Positions 51,621 to 63,264 of a DNA stretch of 64,000 nucleotides are shown one piece after another; the stretch's first letter is position 1; each line of letters starts with the position of its first letter. The stretch comes from an uncultured Gammaproteobacteria bacterium (GTDB lineage Bacteria > Pseudomonadota > Gammaproteobacteria > UBA9214), in assembly GCA_963827755.1 (NCBI GenBank), contig CAWHCQ010000011.1, positions 32,001 through 96,000 on the forward strand. Direction: 5' to 3'. The notes beneath the pieces were generated by a model, which was not told the origin of the DNA, searched no databases, and saw only the letters and a program-made list of their open reading frames with translations. A program made the translations under genes and the position numbers.

Positions 51621-52600
51621 TGGCCGAGATCATGTACTGGGAAGCGATCCGCCGCGCCCACGATGAGGAAATGGAGAATGACCCCATGGTGATTGCCATG
51701 GGTGAGGACATCGGTGTGGTCGGCGGCACCTACAAGGCGACCACGGGATTGTACGAGAAATACGGTGAAGCGCGCGTCATCGATACACCGATTTCGGAGA
51801 ACGGCTACACCGGCCTCGGCATCGGCGCTTCTTTCATCGGTGTTCGCCCGATTATCGAAATCATGTCGGTCAACTTCGCCTGGCTGGCCATGGACCAGAT
51901 GTTCAACACCGCCGCCAAGGTGCGTTACATGTCCGGCGGACAGCTCGAGGCCCCGGTCGTGATTCGTTCACCCGGCGGTACCGCACACCAGCTGGGTTCG
52001 CAACACTCGGCACGCATGGAGAAGGTGTTCATGGGAATTGCCGGCCTGCGCGTGGTGACGCCTTCCAGTCCGCGCCAGGCCTATGGCCTGCTGAAATCGG
52101 CAGTGCGCTGCAATGACCCGGTGTTCATCAATGAACACGAACTCATGTACAACATGAAAGGTGAAGTACCCGATGATGAATACTTTCATCCTCTCGAGGG
52201 TTCCGAAATCGCCCGTGAAGGACGGGATGTGACGCTGTTTGGCTACAATATTTCGGTGCACTGGTGCATGCAGGCGGCAGAACTGCTGGCAAAACATCAT
52301 GGAATCGAGGCAGAAGTAATCGACCTGTTTGCATTGAGCCCGCTCGACCGGGAAGGTATCCGTAACTCGGTGAGCAAGACCCACCGCGCCGTCATTGCCG
52401 AAGAGGCGGAACCGGCCGTCGGGGTGGGTGCCGAGGTCATGGCAATTATCAACGAAGAGTGCTTCTTCGAACTGGATGCGGCACCGGTGCGGGTATCGGC
52501 CCTGAATGTGCCGATTCCCTATAATCACGCGCTGGAGAAGGCCGCGTTGCCTGATGCAAACGATGTCGTCGAGGCTGTCCGGAATATGTTCGGTGTTTGA
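51620..52600 (+). CDS. pdhB: Pyruvate dehydrogenase E1 beta subunit
   Basis: GEDIG, DTPISE, QHS, LDAAPVRV. Confidence 0.93.
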   Translation: MAEIMYWEAIRRAHDEEMENDPMVIAMGEDIGVVGGTYKATTGLYEKYGEARVIDTPISENGYTGLGIGASFIGVRPIIEIMSVNFAWLAMDQMFNTAAKVRYMSGGQLEAPVVIRSPGGTAHQLGSQHSARMEKVFMGIAGLRVVTPSSPRQAYGLLKSAVRCNDPVFINEHELMYNMKGEVPDDEYFHPLEGSEIAREGRDVTLFGYNISVHWCMQAAELLAKHHGIEAEVIDLFALSPLDREGIRNSVSKTHRAVIAEEAEPAVGVGAEVMAIINEECFFELDAAPVRVSALNVPIPYNHALEKAALPDANDVVEAVRNMFGV

Positions 52601-52609
52601 CAAAAATCT

Positions 52610-52743
52610 TCTCGCGCAAAGCTGCAAAGAACACCAATAAATATGTAATTGCGGTTTGATCTGACCGGAAAATGAAGTGTATGGAAAGTTCGAATATTTT
52701 ATTTCCAGTTTTTTTCTTTGCGCCTTTGCGGCTTTGCGCGAGA
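52610..52743. repeat. Imperfect inverted repeat (CGCAAAG-unit type) flanking an AT-rich spacer
   Basis: TCTCGCGCAAAGCTGCAAAGAACACCAA ... CTTTGCGCCTTTGCGGCTTTGCGCGAGA. Confidence 0.75.
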
Positions 52744-52770
52744 TAGTTTTTATCCAAGGAATGGCACTAA

Positions 52771-55423
52771 ATGGCTGAACCCTACGCAATTAAAATGCCC
52801 CAGCTTTCCGACACCATGACGGAAGGTGTCATTGTCAGCTGGGAAAAAAATATCGGCGATGCAGTCGCGCGTGGCGATATCGTTGCCACGGTGGAAACCG
52901 ACAAGGCCGTCATGGACGTTGAAATATTCCGTGACGGCTTTCTTTCCGGTCCGCTTGCAGCGATAGATGCTACCGTGCCCGTCACCGGGGCAATCGGTTT
53001 CATCGTCGCGTCAAAAGACGATGTCGTGGAAGGCGAGGCAGAAGCCGGCGGCCCCTGCAGCGGCAACGCCGGCAGCTGCTGCAGCAGCCCCCCCGGCAGC
53101 AACAGGCAGCGCCAGTCCTGCCGCTGGCGCAAGGACTGCTCCGGTCTTGCGCCCGCAGGCCGGCAAGGCCTCGCCACTGGCGCGAAAACTGGCGGCACAG
53201 GCGGGTGCCGACATCGAACGTATGACAGGCAGCGGTCCGGGCGGCGTAATCACTGCCGCGGATGTGCAGCGTGCACCCGCACCCTTCGAGGTGGCTGTGC
53301 CCGGTGACGGTCGTCCCATGAAATCGATGGAGAAGGCCATCTCGCGTGCCATGGCTTCATCCATCTCCATGCCGACATTCCGGGTGTCAGCACATATCCG
53401 TCTCGAAGTCCTGATGCGTGCTGCCAAGTCGGCCGGCGTGTCGGTCACGGTAGCGATCGCCAAGGCCTGCGGACTGGCACTGAAGCAGCATCCAAAAATA
53501 AACTGGTGTTACCAGCCGGATGACAGGCTGGTCGAGCGTGAGCAGGCCGATATCGGTATGGCGGTCGCCGCCGATGACGGCGGGCTGGTGGTGCCGATTC
53601 TGCGCAACTGTGAATCGCGTGAACTTGCCGAGTTGAATACCGACTGGAAGGACCTTGTCGCGCGTGCACGTACCCGGCGCCTGAATCCTGAAGAATTTAC
53701 CGGCGCCACCTTCCAGATATCGAACATGGGCATGTTCGGCGTCAGCTACTTTGATGCCATTGCCACACCGGGACTGTCTGCAATCCTGGCGATTTCATCA
53801 AACACCGACAAGGGCAGTGCCTTTACCATCACGGCAGATCATCGCGTGATCAATGGCGCCGATGTCGCGCTGTTCCTGCAGACCCTGAAAGCACTCATCG
53901 AGGACCCGGCCGACTGGATGGGACCCGGTGGTCCGGCCATCCCGGAAGGTGAGTGGGATTACGATGTCGTCGTCATCGGCGGCGGCCCGGGCGGTGAAGA
54001 CTGCGCGCGTGACCTGGTGGGACACAAGCTGAAAGTGGCCGTGATCAATGACGCGCCTTTCCCGGGCGGTGAATGCCTGTGGCGCGGCTGCATTCCCTCA
54101 AAGGCCTGGCGTGCCGCGGCGGACCGCATGCGTGACCGTGCCGGGGACGCCCGCCTGGGTGTTACCGGCACCAACAAGGCCAAACTGGTCTGGAAGGACC
54201 TGGAGGCCCATCGCCGCAACGTGCTGGAGACGCGTGGCGAGATGGCGTTGAAGACCGACAAGGGTGTGCGTATCGATTACCTGCACGGCTTTGGTCAATT
54301 TAAAGACAGTCATAGCATCGTTGTGAATACCTCCACCAACCAGGATGATCCGCATACCCGTGCAGCCGTTCCTTCAAACGAGGCGGGCAAGACCGTGACC
54401 TTTGGTTGTGCCGTGATTGCAACGGGTGCGCCGCCGTTCATTCCGCCGATTCCCGGTGCACGCGAAGGCCTGGAGAGCGGCGGCGTGCTGACCTCGGACA
54501 CCGTCTGGGAACTGGCTGCCCCGCCGAAGAAACTGGCCGTGGTCGGGGCGGGCGCCATCGGTGTGGAAATGGCGCAGATCTTCCAGGACTTTGGTGCACG
54601 GGTCACCCTGCTGGAAGCGCAGGAACGCATTCTTGCCGAGGTCGAGCCGGAGATTGCAAAAACACTGGCCGCTATTCTCGATGACGAGCCGCGGCTCGAC
54701 GTGCATACCTCGGCGGCCGTGAACAGCATCAGTGGTGAGCCGGGCAAGATGAAGCTCGCCTACACCGATAGCGGCGGCAAGAAGCGCAGCCTGACCGTGG
54801 ATTACGTCATCATGGCGACGGGCAAGCGCCCGGAGCTGGATGGCCTCGGCCTGGACAAGGCCGGTGTCGCCCACGAGCGCAGTATCGTGACGGCGGATGC
54901 CCGTTGCCGCACCAGCGTGCCGCATATCTTTGCAGTCGGTGATGTCATCGGCGGGCTGATGCTGGCGCATACCGCTGCCCAGCAGGGCCGGGTTACGGCG
55001 GCGACCATCCTTGGCGAGAATATGAAGTACGATCAGGACAAGGATTGCGGGGTGATTTTCTCGCGTCCACAGGCGGCATTTGCCGGCCTGTCCGTCGAGC
55101 AGGCCAAGGCGAAAAATATCGATGCCGTCGAGGTCAAGGTGCCCATGAGTATCGATGCGAAGGCAATGATCAACCATGAGACCCATGGCATGATCAAGAT
55201 CGTGGCGGACAAGGCAAGCCGGCGAATTATCGGCGTACACCTGCTGGCGGATCACGCCGACACCCTGATCGGTGAGGCGACATTGATGGTGTCGGCCGGG
55301 CTCACGCTGGAGCAGGTGGGCGCGGCCATCCATGCGCATCCTACACAGACGGAACTGTTCGGTGACCTGGCGCGGAGGCTGCTGTCACGCCTGCAGCGCA
55401 GCAGGAAAAAGACCAAAGCTTGA
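52771..55423 (+). CDS. pdhC: Fused PDH E2-E3: lipoyl domain, PSBD, acyltransferase and dihydrolipoamide dehydrogenase; +1 frameshift near 53047
   Basis: VETDKA lipoyl Lys; ASPLARKLA..GSGPGG PSBD; SNMGMFG and DHRVING; VVIGGGPGG, GGECLWRGCIPSK, HAHPTQTE in the same frame. Confidence 0.88.
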
Positions 55424-55486
55424 TCAAGGCTGGATTGCCGGTGTTGAGGATTGAGCGCAGGACATAACGGGCTGCACGCTATAGCC

Positions 55487-55568
55487 TGTAGCCTGGATAA
55501 AGCGTAGTGGAATCCGGGGGTGCGGAGCTGCCCGGCCCCGGATTACGTTGCACTCCATTCGGGCTACA
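55487..55568. repeat. Degenerate GTAG-type REP doublet
   Basis: TGTAGCCTGGATAAAGCGTAGTGGAATCCGGG ... CCCGGATTACGTTGCACTCCATTCGGGCTACA. Confidence 0.7.
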
Positions 55569-55600
55569 ATATTTCCCCGGGAATTAATGGAAAAACAATA

Positions 55601-56827
55601 ATGTCAGATATCAGGAAAGTTGTGCTTGCCTACTCCGGTGGTCTCGATACCGCCGTTATCCTCAAATGGCTGGTGGAGGTGTACGAGTGCGAAGTCGTCA
55701 CCTTCACCGCCGACATCGGCCAGGGAGAGGAAATCGAGCCGGCGCGTGCCAAGGCCAAGGCCATGGGCATCAAGGAAATCTACATCGAAACGCTGAAGGA
55801 AGAGTTTGCACGCGATTACGTGTTCCCGATGTTTCGCGCCAATACCCTCTACGAGGGCGAGTATCTGCTCGGTACCTCGATAGCCCGTCCGTTGATTGCC
55901 AAGCGGCTGGTCGAGATTGCCCGTGAAACCGGTGCCGATGCCATTGCGCACGGCGCAACGGGCAAGGGAAATGACCAGGTGCGCTTTGAACTCGGGGCCT
56001 ATGCGCTGAACCCCGATATCAAGATCATCGCACCCTGGCGGGAGTGGGACCTGACCTCGCGGCAAAAACTGCTCGACTATGCGAAGCAGCACGGCATCGC
56101 CGTCGAACACAAAAAAGGCGGGAAATCGCCGTATTCCATGGATGCCAATTCCCTGCATATTTCCTATGAAGGCGATGTGCTCGAAGACCCGTGGGCGGAG
56201 CCGGAAGAGAAAATGTGGCTGTGGACCGTCTCACCCATGAAGGCGCCTGCAAAGCCCACCTATGTCGAAGTAGGCTTCGAGCATGGCGACCCTGTTTCCA
56301 TTGACGGCAAGTCCAGCAGTCCCGGGCTGGTGATGGAGGTGTTGAACAAGCTTGGCGGGGCCAATGGCATCGGGCGTTCCGACATTGTCGAGAACCGTTA
56401 CGTCGGCATGAAGTCACGCGGTTGTTACGAGACGCCGGCCGGTACGATTCTGTTAAAGGCGCACCGTGCAATGGAATCACTGACGCTGGACCGTGAAGTG
56501 GCGCACCTGAAAGACGAACTCATGCCTCGCTATGCAAGCCTGGTCTACAACGGCTACTGGTGGAGCCCCGAACGGAAAATGCTGCAGCAGATGATCGATG
56601 CCTCGCAGGAGACAGTCAACGGCACCGTGCGTCTGAAACTTTACCGGGGTAATGTCATCGTGGTTGGCCGCAAGTCTGATAGCGACAGCCTGTTCGATGA
56701 GCGCATCGCAACATTTGAAGATGATGCCGGTGCCTATAACCAGAAAGATGCCGAAGGTTTTATCAAGCTGAATGCATTGCGCATGCGTATTGCAGCCAGG
56801 CAGAAGAAGACCGGCAAGCGCAAGTAG
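55601..56827 (+). CDS. argG: Argininosuccinate synthase
   Basis: [40 protein letters not shown]. Confidence 0.97.
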   Translation: MSDIRKVVLAYSGGLDTAVILKWLVEVYECEVVTFTADIGQGEEIEPARAKAKAMGIKEIYIETLKEEFARDYVFPMFRANTLYEGEYLLGTSIARPLIAKRLVEIARETGADAIAHGATGKGNDQVRFELGAYALNPDIKIIAPWREWDLTSRQKLLDYAKQHGIAVEHKKGGKSPYSMDANSLHISYEGDVLEDPWAEPEEKMWLWTVSPMKAPAKPTYVEVGFEHGDPVSIDGKSSSPGLVMEVLNKLGGANGIGRSDIVENRYVGMKSRGCYETPAGTILLKAHRAMESLTLDREVAHLKDELMPRYASLVYNGYWWSPERKMLQQMIDASQETVNGTVRLKLYRGNVIVVGRKSDSDSLFDERIATFEDDAGAYNQKDAEGFIKLNALRMRIAARQKKTGKRK

Positions 56828-57000
56828 CGTGGGTGCCACTGCGCAGGTTTGAAATGCGCTGTAGTGCCTGTAGTAACAGTGCTTGCTCCCGCAGCTGCGT
56901 CAGGGGAGAGATAGTAACAGGCCTTCATGGCTCTGGCTTTTATTGACGTTGCGATCCTTGCGTCATTGCGAGAGTCTTGATTTCCGAATGGAGAAAAGTC

Positions 57001-57495
57001 ATGTTTTCAGTATTGTCCAAACGCCTTGTTAACAGCGCCGGTTTTCTGTTCTGCGCGGGCCTGCTCGGTTTCGGCCTGTATCTCCAGTTTCTCAAGGACC
57101 TCGAGCCCTGTCCACTGTGCATCTTTCAGCGTATTACTTTCATATCCATGGGGCTGATTTTCCTGGTTGCGGCAATCCACAATGCCGGCCGGATCTTCAG
57201 CCGGGTCTATGCCCTGCTATTAGCCGCGCTCGGCCTGACCGGTGCCGCTATTGCGGCGCGGCACGTGTGGATACAGCACCTGCCGGCGGACCAGGTGCCG
57301 GAGTGCGGACCATCGCTGGAGTACATGCTGGAGGTGTTCCCGCTCGGCGAGGCGCTCACCATGGCCTTCACGGGGTCCGGGGAGTGTGCTGATGTTTTAT
57401 GGACCTTTCTTGGACAAAGCATCCCGACCTGGGCCCTGTTGTGCTTTCTCGGTTTGACCGTCGTGGGCCTGGTCAGAAACTGGTTGCCGGAGTAG
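57001..57495 (+). CDS. dsbB: Disulfide bond formation protein B
   Basis: LEPCPLCIFQR, periplasmic ECGP...GEC, four TM segments. Confidence 0.92.
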   Translation: MFSVLSKRLVNSAGFLFCAGLLGFGLYLQFLKDLEPCPLCIFQRITFISMGLIFLVAAIHNAGRIFSRVYALLLAALGLTGAAIAARHVWIQHLPADQVPECGPSLEYMLEVFPLGEALTMAFTGSGECADVLWTFLGQSIPTWALLCFLGLTVVGLVRNWLPE

Positions 57496-57504
57496 GCTGT
57501 TAGC

Positions 57505-57891
57505 ATGCGCTTGTTGCACACCATGCTCCGTGTCGGCGACCTGGAGCGCTCGATCGAATTCTACACCCGTGTCCTGGGTATGAAGCTGCTGCGCCGGAAG
57601 GACTACCCTGACGGGAAATTTACCCTGGCCTTCGTCGGCTACGGTGACGAGTCCGACCACACCGTCATCGAGTTGACCCACAACTGGGACACGGAGAGTT
57701 ACAAACTCGGTGATGGCTATGGTCATATCGCCATCGAGGTGGATGATGTCCATGCGGCGGTAGATGAACTGCAGGGCCGGGGTGGCAAGGTCATTCGGCC
57801 TGCCGGGCCAATGAATGCGGGTACAACGATTATTGCCTTTATTGAAGACCCGGACGGCTACCAGGTCGAGTTGATCGGGAAGAAGTTCTAG
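57505..57891 (+). CDS. gloA: Lactoylglutathione lyase (glyoxalase I)
   Basis: [33 protein letters not shown]. Confidence 0.96.
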   Translation: MRLLHTMLRVGDLERSIEFYTRVLGMKLLRRKDYPDGKFTLAFVGYGDESDHTVIELTHNWDTESYKLGDGYGHIAIEVDDVHAAVDELQGRGGKVIRPAGPMNAGTTIIAFIEDPDGYQVELIGKKF

Positions 57892-57998
57892 AAATCCGAC
57901 GCAGGTTGTTACTGCAGCGGCATTACAAATCACCAGCGCATCATCCGCGAAGCCGGGTTCTCCATGGTCGGAGAACAGGCAGAAATTTTACCGGGTAT

Positions 57999-58030
57999 AA
58001 AAAAACCCCGCACTCTGGCGGGGTTTTTTT
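57999..58030. terminator. Bidirectional terminator between gloA and cold-shock gene
   Basis: AAAAAAACCCCGC-actctg-GCGGGGTTTTTTT. Confidence 0.85.
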
Positions 58031-58054
58031 GTTCAAGCCTGTAACGAAATTTCG

Positions 58055-58258
58055 TTACCCGGCCGTCACGTTGGTTGCCTGCAGGCCTTTCGGACCCTGC
58101 TCGACATCAAAGTTGACTGTCTGACCTTCAACCAGTGTCTTGAAACCGTCGCCGGAAATTGCAGAAAAATGTACGAAGACATCTTCTCCACCATCAGCCG
58201 GTGCGATAAAACCAAAACCCTTGGAATCGTTAAACCACTTAACTGTACCTGTTGCCAT
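58055..58258 (-). CDS. cspA: Cold-shock protein (CspA family)
   Basis: [24 protein letters not shown]; long AT-rich 5' leader. Confidence 0.93.
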   Translation of the reverse strand: MATGTVKWFNDSKGFGFIAPADGGEDVFVHFSAISGDGFKTLVEGQTVNFDVEQGPKGLQATNVTAG

Positions 58259-58707
58259 GTAACATACCTCTAGTATTTAAATAATATTGTTTCAATCGCA
58301 GTCCAAAAGTAAGTACAGGAGATACAGCAAGGAACTTCCGATATGACCTGTTCAACATACAACTGTGATCGTTATTAGCAAACAGCGCGTGATCTTGATG
58401 TAGATACGCTTTGCGTGCTACTGCCGGATTCTACACGATATTTGAAATAAATGCCCTCTTTTTTATGTGGAGAGGCGGCTGGCCGGAATGCGTGGTTGCC
58501 GCCTGTGTTTGTCGGGGGCGGCGGGATGTCCGGCTGCCGAACGTCAAAGGCACCAGGTAACAATAACTTCATGTAATTGAAGTAATTTTATGGAGGGCAG
58601 GTTTGTTTGACCGGGGCTGGCCTGTCCCGCAGACCCCTGCACAAGCTGTTGAGCCCGAAGAACCTGTTGCGTCCGCGTGGAGGAGGGTAACCGGGTAACA
58701 GCCAGAG

Positions 58708-59445
58708 CTAGTAGGGTTCTTTAACCAGCACCCTGATTTTCTCTATATCCCTGTTTTTGAAGTGGAACGAGAATCTGCCGTGCTTGCTGCGTTGAGCGAG
58801 TTCTATGTGCTTGGGCGATGCGCCGGTGATGAGATATTCTTTTTCCTCTACATTTTTCCGTGTAATTTTTGCGGTTGTACCGATGTGTTTTTTGATCTCG
58901 GAGACCTTGATAGGTATGTAGGTGAGCCGGTAGCGTACTGGTTTTTTGTCTTCCACGGCAGGTTCATCGTCGATGCCTGCTGTTTCTTCCGGTTCAGTTT
59001 GCGCATTCATATCGCCGGAATTTTCTGCAGACTTGTGAGCGCCGGAAAAGTCCGGGTCTTGACGGAACATCCCGTCTTCTGCTGAAGCTTCCCCGACAGA
59101 GAAGCTCGCGCGCCTCAGGTCACCGTTGCCGTCCCTGTCCATGGTTTTCCCCTGCACTTCCTGTTGAAAGTTTGCGGAAAAGCGCAGCAGTTCCGTGCCG
59201 CCTGAAACGGTAAACAGGTAGATGCATAAAACCAGCGTTGCGGTCAGTGTCGTTACATAGAGCAGAAAAGGTTCTCTCTGCTTGTCCCAGAATTTGACGC
59301 CGAAGACAATGGCGCTGACAGGCGATAGCAGCAACACCGCAAATCCCCAGCCGGGATGTGTTTTGAATGCACGAATGATCAGCCAGATCATTGAGCCACA
59401 GGCGAGCAGTGCAAGTAGCTGGGTTATCAGCGGGAGTGTATTCAT
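58708..59445 (-). CDS. Hypothetical membrane protein
   Basis: Three N-terminal TM segments (AF..HPGWG), acidic linker, basic C-terminal domain. Confidence 0.7.
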   Translation of the reverse strand: MNTLPLITQLLALLACGSMIWLIIRAFKTHPGWGFAVLLLSPVSAIVFGVKFWDKQREPFLLYVTTLTATLVLCIYLFTVSGGTELLRFSANFQQEVQGKTMDRDGNGDLRRASFSVGEASAEDGMFRQDPDFSGAHKSAENSGDMNAQTEPEETAGIDDEPAVEDKKPVRYRLTYIPIKVSEIKKHIGTTAKITRKNVEEKEYLITGASPKHIELAQRSKHGRFSFHFKNRDIEKIRVLVKEPY

Positions 59446-59638
59446 AGCAGTTATCCGGTTCCGTTATCGTTCGCCCCTGCAAAAAAGACAGGGGTCTGAT
59501 CAATGACCTTAACGGCGCCGCCGGCAGGATCCTTTAATGGCGGGCAACTGCGGGACTGCGTGGCTGCTATGAGTAAATATATATAATAATCAGATAGTTG
59601 TTTTCATAGAATATTCAATCTTGAGAAAATGCCGGGGA

Positions 59639-59857
59639 CTAGTAATGGGGTGGCGGGGGCTCATCAGCAGCGGCAGCCGGGCTTGAAGCGGCAAGGCCTC
59701 TTAACTGTTCCTCCAGGCGCTTGATGGCCTCGACATGCTTGTTGATCAGCTGTTCCTGTTTCAGCAGGATGCTGGTCAGTTCATCAATGGCAGCATCCTG
59801 GTGCATGATGCGTGATTCCAGGGATTCGATGCGCACCTTCATATCGGTGTTTGTCAT
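59639..59857 (-). CDS. slyX: SlyX family protein
   Basis: LESRIMHQD..IDEL; C-terminal EPPPPHY. Confidence 0.92.
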   Translation of the reverse strand: MTNTDMKVRIESLESRIMHQDAAIDELTSILLKQEQLINKHVEAIKRLEEQLRGLAASSPAAAADEPPPPHY

Positions 59858-59886
59858 GCCGGGCAGGTTCTCCTTGATCTCCGGGT

Positions 59887-61068
59887 TTAAAGTGTTATTA
59901 CAACGGCCTTTGAGCCGTGCCTGGCCTTCTGCAAGGCCTCTTCGACCGAGGTGCCGCGGGCCAGGACAACGCCCATGCGGCGTTGCCCGCTGACCCCGGG
60001 TTTTCCGAACAGACGTAATTGCGTGTCGGGCGCACCGAGCACCTCCTCAAGATTGCCGAAGCATACCTGCCTCGATGTGCCTTCGACCAGAATCACACTG
60101 GAAGCCGAGGGACCGTGGTGGCGGATGTTCGGTACGGGTAAGCCGAGGATGGCGCGTGCATGCAGTGCAAACTGTGACAGGTCCTGCGAGATCATGGTAA
60201 CCATGCCGGTGTCATGTGGACGCGGCGAGACCTCGCTGAATATGACCTCGTCACCCTTGATAAACAGTTCCACACCGAAAATGCCGTGGCCGCCGAGTGC
60301 GGCGGTTACTTTCGCCGCAATGTCGCGTGCGCGGGACAATGCCCGTTGACTCATCATTTGGGGCTGCCATGACTGGCGGTAGTCGCCATCGACCTGTACA
60401 TGGCCGATGGGTTCGCAAAAACCGGTGCCGCCGGCATGGCGGACTGTCAGCTGGGTGATTTCATAATCAAAATCAACGAGGCCCTCGACGATGACCTTGC
60501 CGGCCCCCGTGCGGCCACCTTCCTGTGCGTAGTTCCATGCCGGGTCAATATCGTCTGCTGTTCTCAGGGTGCTTTGACCTTTCCCGGATGAACTCATGAT
60601 GGGCTTGACGACGCACGGCAGGCCAATCATCCCGATGGCCTTGTCGAATTCGTCGCGACTGGCGGCAAAACAATAGGCTGATGTCCTGATTCCCAGTTCC
60701 TCGGCGGCCAGGCGGCGTATGCCCTCGCGGTTCATGGTCAGGCGAGCCGCACGTGCCGTTGGAATGACGGTATAGCCTTCTGCTTCGAGTTCGACCAGCG
60801 TGTCGGTTGCAATGGCCTCGATTTCCGGAACAATGTAGTCCGGTTTCTCTTTTTCGATGACGGTCCGCAATGCGTCACCATCCAGCATCGAGATGACATG
60901 ACTGCGGTGTGCAAGCTGCATGGCGGGCGCGTCCGGATAACGGTCTACGACGATCACCTCGACGCCAAGCCGCTGCAATTCAATGACCACTTCCTTGCCG
61001 AGTTCACCGCCACCGCAAAAGAGGACACGGGTGGCTGTGGGTGATAACGGGGTGCCGATGCTGCTCAT
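59887..61068 (-). CDS. purT: Formate-dependent phosphoribosylglycinamide formyltransferase
   Basis: [45 protein letters not shown]. Confidence 0.96.
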   Translation of the reverse strand: MSSIGTPLSPTATRVLFCGGGELGKEVVIELQRLGVEVIVVDRYPDAPAMQLAHRSHVISMLDGDALRTVIEKEKPDYIVPEIEAIATDTLVELEAEGYTVIPTARAARLTMNREGIRRLAAEELGIRTSAYCFAASRDEFDKAIGMIGLPCVVKPIMSSSGKGQSTLRTADDIDPAWNYAQEGGRTGAGKVIVEGLVDFDYEITQLTVRHAGGTGFCEPIGHVQVDGDYRQSWQPQMMSQRALSRARDIAAKVTAALGGHGIFGVELFIKGDEVIFSEVSPRPHDTGMVTMISQDLSQFALHARAILGLPVPNIRHHGPSASSVILVEGTSRQVCFGNLEEVLGAPDTQLRLFGKPGVSGQRRMGVVLARGTSVEEALQKARHGSKAVVITL

Positions 61069-61266
61069 GTACGGTGCCTGCAAATTTGAGTGAAAGGAAT
61101 CAATGTCTTATTAGGTACACGGGGTGCTTTCATATTGATTGTACGTGGTCCTGTTGAATGCCGAAGCCGCGCGGGCGTTCCTGTGCTGGAGTAAATTAAT
61201 GTATATTCGGGTCTCTGAACAGGCTCTGGCCGAAAAGTAAACCTGTATATTAAAGGTAGATTGGCA

Positions 61267-62112
61267 ATGCGCTGGAAAACAGGACGTAGAAGTTCACATA
61301 TCGAAGACCGGCGCGGATCGCGGGCCGGGCGCGCCGGTCTCAAGGGCGGCATAGGCACTATCGTGATTGCGCTGGCCCTGGGTTATTTCCTCGGAATCGA
61401 CCCGATGACTATATTGAAGGTGCAGCAGGCGACCGTGCCTGCCGGGACCGCTACCGATTGGCAGCCGACAGCAGCTGAAAAACAGGCCGCTGATTTTGTC
61501 TCTGTGGTACTGGCGGATACGGAAGACACCTGGAACGCCATTTTCCGCAAGGCCGGCAGGGAATACGAGGAGCCGAAGCTGGTATTGTTTTCCGGCCAGG
61601 TAACGTCTGCCTGTGGCATGGCCAGTGCGGCCATGGGGCCGTTCTACTGTCCGGGCGACAAGAAAGTCTACATCGACCTGTCTTTCTTCGATGACCTGAA
61701 ACGCCGCCACGGTGCGCCGGGTGATTTTGCACAGGCCTATGTCATCGCCCATGAGGTGGGCCACCATGTCCAGAATCTGCTCGGGACCAGTCAACAGGTG
61801 AGGTCGGCACAGCGCGGACTTGGCAAGGCAGATGCGAATGAGCTGTCCGTAAACCAGGAATTACAGGCAGACTGTTATGCCGGTCTGTGGGGTTATCATG
61901 CAGACCGCAGCCGCCAGGTGCTGGAACAGGGTGATCTCGAGGAGGCGCTGGCGGCTGCAAGCGCTATCGGGGACGATCGCTTGCAGAAAGAGGCGACCGG
62001 CAGAGTCGTGCCGGAGTCATTTACGCATGGCACCTCGAAACAGCGTGTTAAATGGTTCAGGCGCGGGATAGAGAGCGGTGATGCCGGTGACTGCAATACC
62101 TTTGATTCTTGA
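61267..62112 (+). CDS. Neutral zinc metallopeptidase (YpfJ family)
   Basis: EDRRG, GPFYCPGD, AHEVGHHVQNLLG, ELQADCYAG, FTHGTS. Confidence 0.92.
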   Translation: MRWKTGRRSSHIEDRRGSRAGRAGLKGGIGTIVIALALGYFLGIDPMTILKVQQATVPAGTATDWQPTAAEKQAADFVSVVLADTEDTWNAIFRKAGREYEEPKLVLFSGQVTSACGMASAAMGPFYCPGDKKVYIDLSFFDDLKRRHGAPGDFAQAYVIAHEVGHHVQNLLGTSQQVRSAQRGLGKADANELSVNQELQADCYAGLWGYHADRSRQVLEQGDLEEALAAASAIGDDRLQKEATGRVVPESFTHGTSKQRVKWFRRGIESGDAGDCNTFDS

Positions 62113-62133
62113 CGGAACGGGACAGAAAAACGG

Positions 62134-62832
62134 ATGAGTGATATGGATCAAAATACCCTGGATACGGTTAACCCCGGTCGTGGCATGAGTGGCATGAAGA
62201 TTTTTCTTATCGTGCTCGTGACCATGCTGATTACGGTTGGCGTGACCTTGCTGGTCGTTAAATACTATTTCTTTCCATCGGAGTTCAAACCGGTACAGCT
62301 CAGTGTAAAGGAAGAGCAGGTGCTGGATGCAAAACTCGACAGGCTGGAATCGCTGGACGCAGCGTATCAGCCGCGCCGCAAGATCACCGCTTCCGATGCC
62401 GGTGCGCTCGAGCCGGAGGCCTATAGCGAAGAAGGTGCCGAGCGTTCGATCAGGCTCAGCGAACGGGAGTTGAATGCCCTGCTGGCAAAGAACACCGATC
62501 TTGCCAGGAAGCTCGCGATCGACTTGTCAGACAACCTGATGAGTGCCAAATTACTGATGCCGGTAGACGAGGACTTCCCGATCATGGGTGGCAAGATACT
62601 CAAGGTCCGGGCGGGTATCGAACTGGCCTACAGGAATAGCAAGCCAATCGTCATCCTCAAGGGCGTCAGCATTATGGGTGTGCCCATACCCAACGCCTGG
62701 CTGGGTGGTTTGAAAAATATCGACCTCGTAGAAGAGTTCGGCTCCAGCGACGGGTTCTGGAAGGCCTTTGCCGACGGTGTGCAGGACATAAGCATTGTGG
62801 AAGGGGACCTGCGAATCGAGCTGAAGGAATAA
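62134..62832 (+). CDS. Hypothetical membrane-anchored protein
   Basis: Single N-terminal TM; ERELNALL and GVPIPNAWLGGLKN segments; clean ORF. Confidence 0.7.
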   Translation: MSDMDQNTLDTVNPGRGMSGMKIFLIVLVTMLITVGVTLLVVKYYFFPSEFKPVQLSVKEEQVLDAKLDRLESLDAAYQPRRKITASDAGALEPEAYSEEGAERSIRLSERELNALLAKNTDLARKLAIDLSDNLMSAKLLMPVDEDFPIMGGKILKVRAGIELAYRNSKPIVILKGVSIMGVPIPNAWLGGLKNIDLVEEFGSSDGFWKAFADGVQDISIVEGDLRIELKE

Positions 62833-62907
62833 ACGGGTCACCCTGTCTACCCATTGAATGCCCTGTATCACTGCACCGGTCAAGGTGTTGTCAAGGCATG
62901 GTGACTG

Positions 62908-63264
62908 ATGCCCTCGTCAACCGGTAATAACGAGTTTGTTTCGCATGTGGTCGATCTCATGCAGTCCATCGGGCCGGTGAGCGCAAAACGAATGTTCGGC
63001 GGTTACGGCATTTTCCTCGACGGCCTGATGTTCGCGCTGATTTCGAATGAAACCCTTTACCTGAAAGCCGACAGGGAAACTGAAAACGAGTTCAAGGCCG
63101 GTGGACTTGAAGCGTTTTCGTATTACAAGCAAGGCAAGGCCTGCTCCTTGTCATATTTCCAGGCGCCCGAGGAGACACTGGAACGTGCCGAGGAAATGAA
63201 TATCTGGGCAAACAGGGCTTATGCTGCGGCAACAAGGGCTGCCCCCGGAAAAAGAAAGAACTAA
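62908..63264 (+). CDS. TfoX/Sxy N-terminal domain protein
   Basis: KRMFGGYGIFLDGLMFALI..LYLKAD. Confidence 0.88.
   Translation: MPSSTGNNEFVSHVVDLMQSIGPVSAKRMFGGYGIFLDGLMFALISNETLYLKADRETENEFKAGGLEAFSYYKQGKACSLSYFQAPEETLERAEEMNIWANRAYAAATRAAPGKRKN

Noticed and set aside
51968-52789. 273-aa minus-strand ORF containing SRKAAKAQRK
   Set aside because: Translation of the inverted repeat plus pdhB antisense, a typical spurious ORF
53040-53055. Programmed frameshift producing a free lipoyl domain
   Set aside because: No slippery sequence, and it has the same +1 signature as nine other probable sequencing errors
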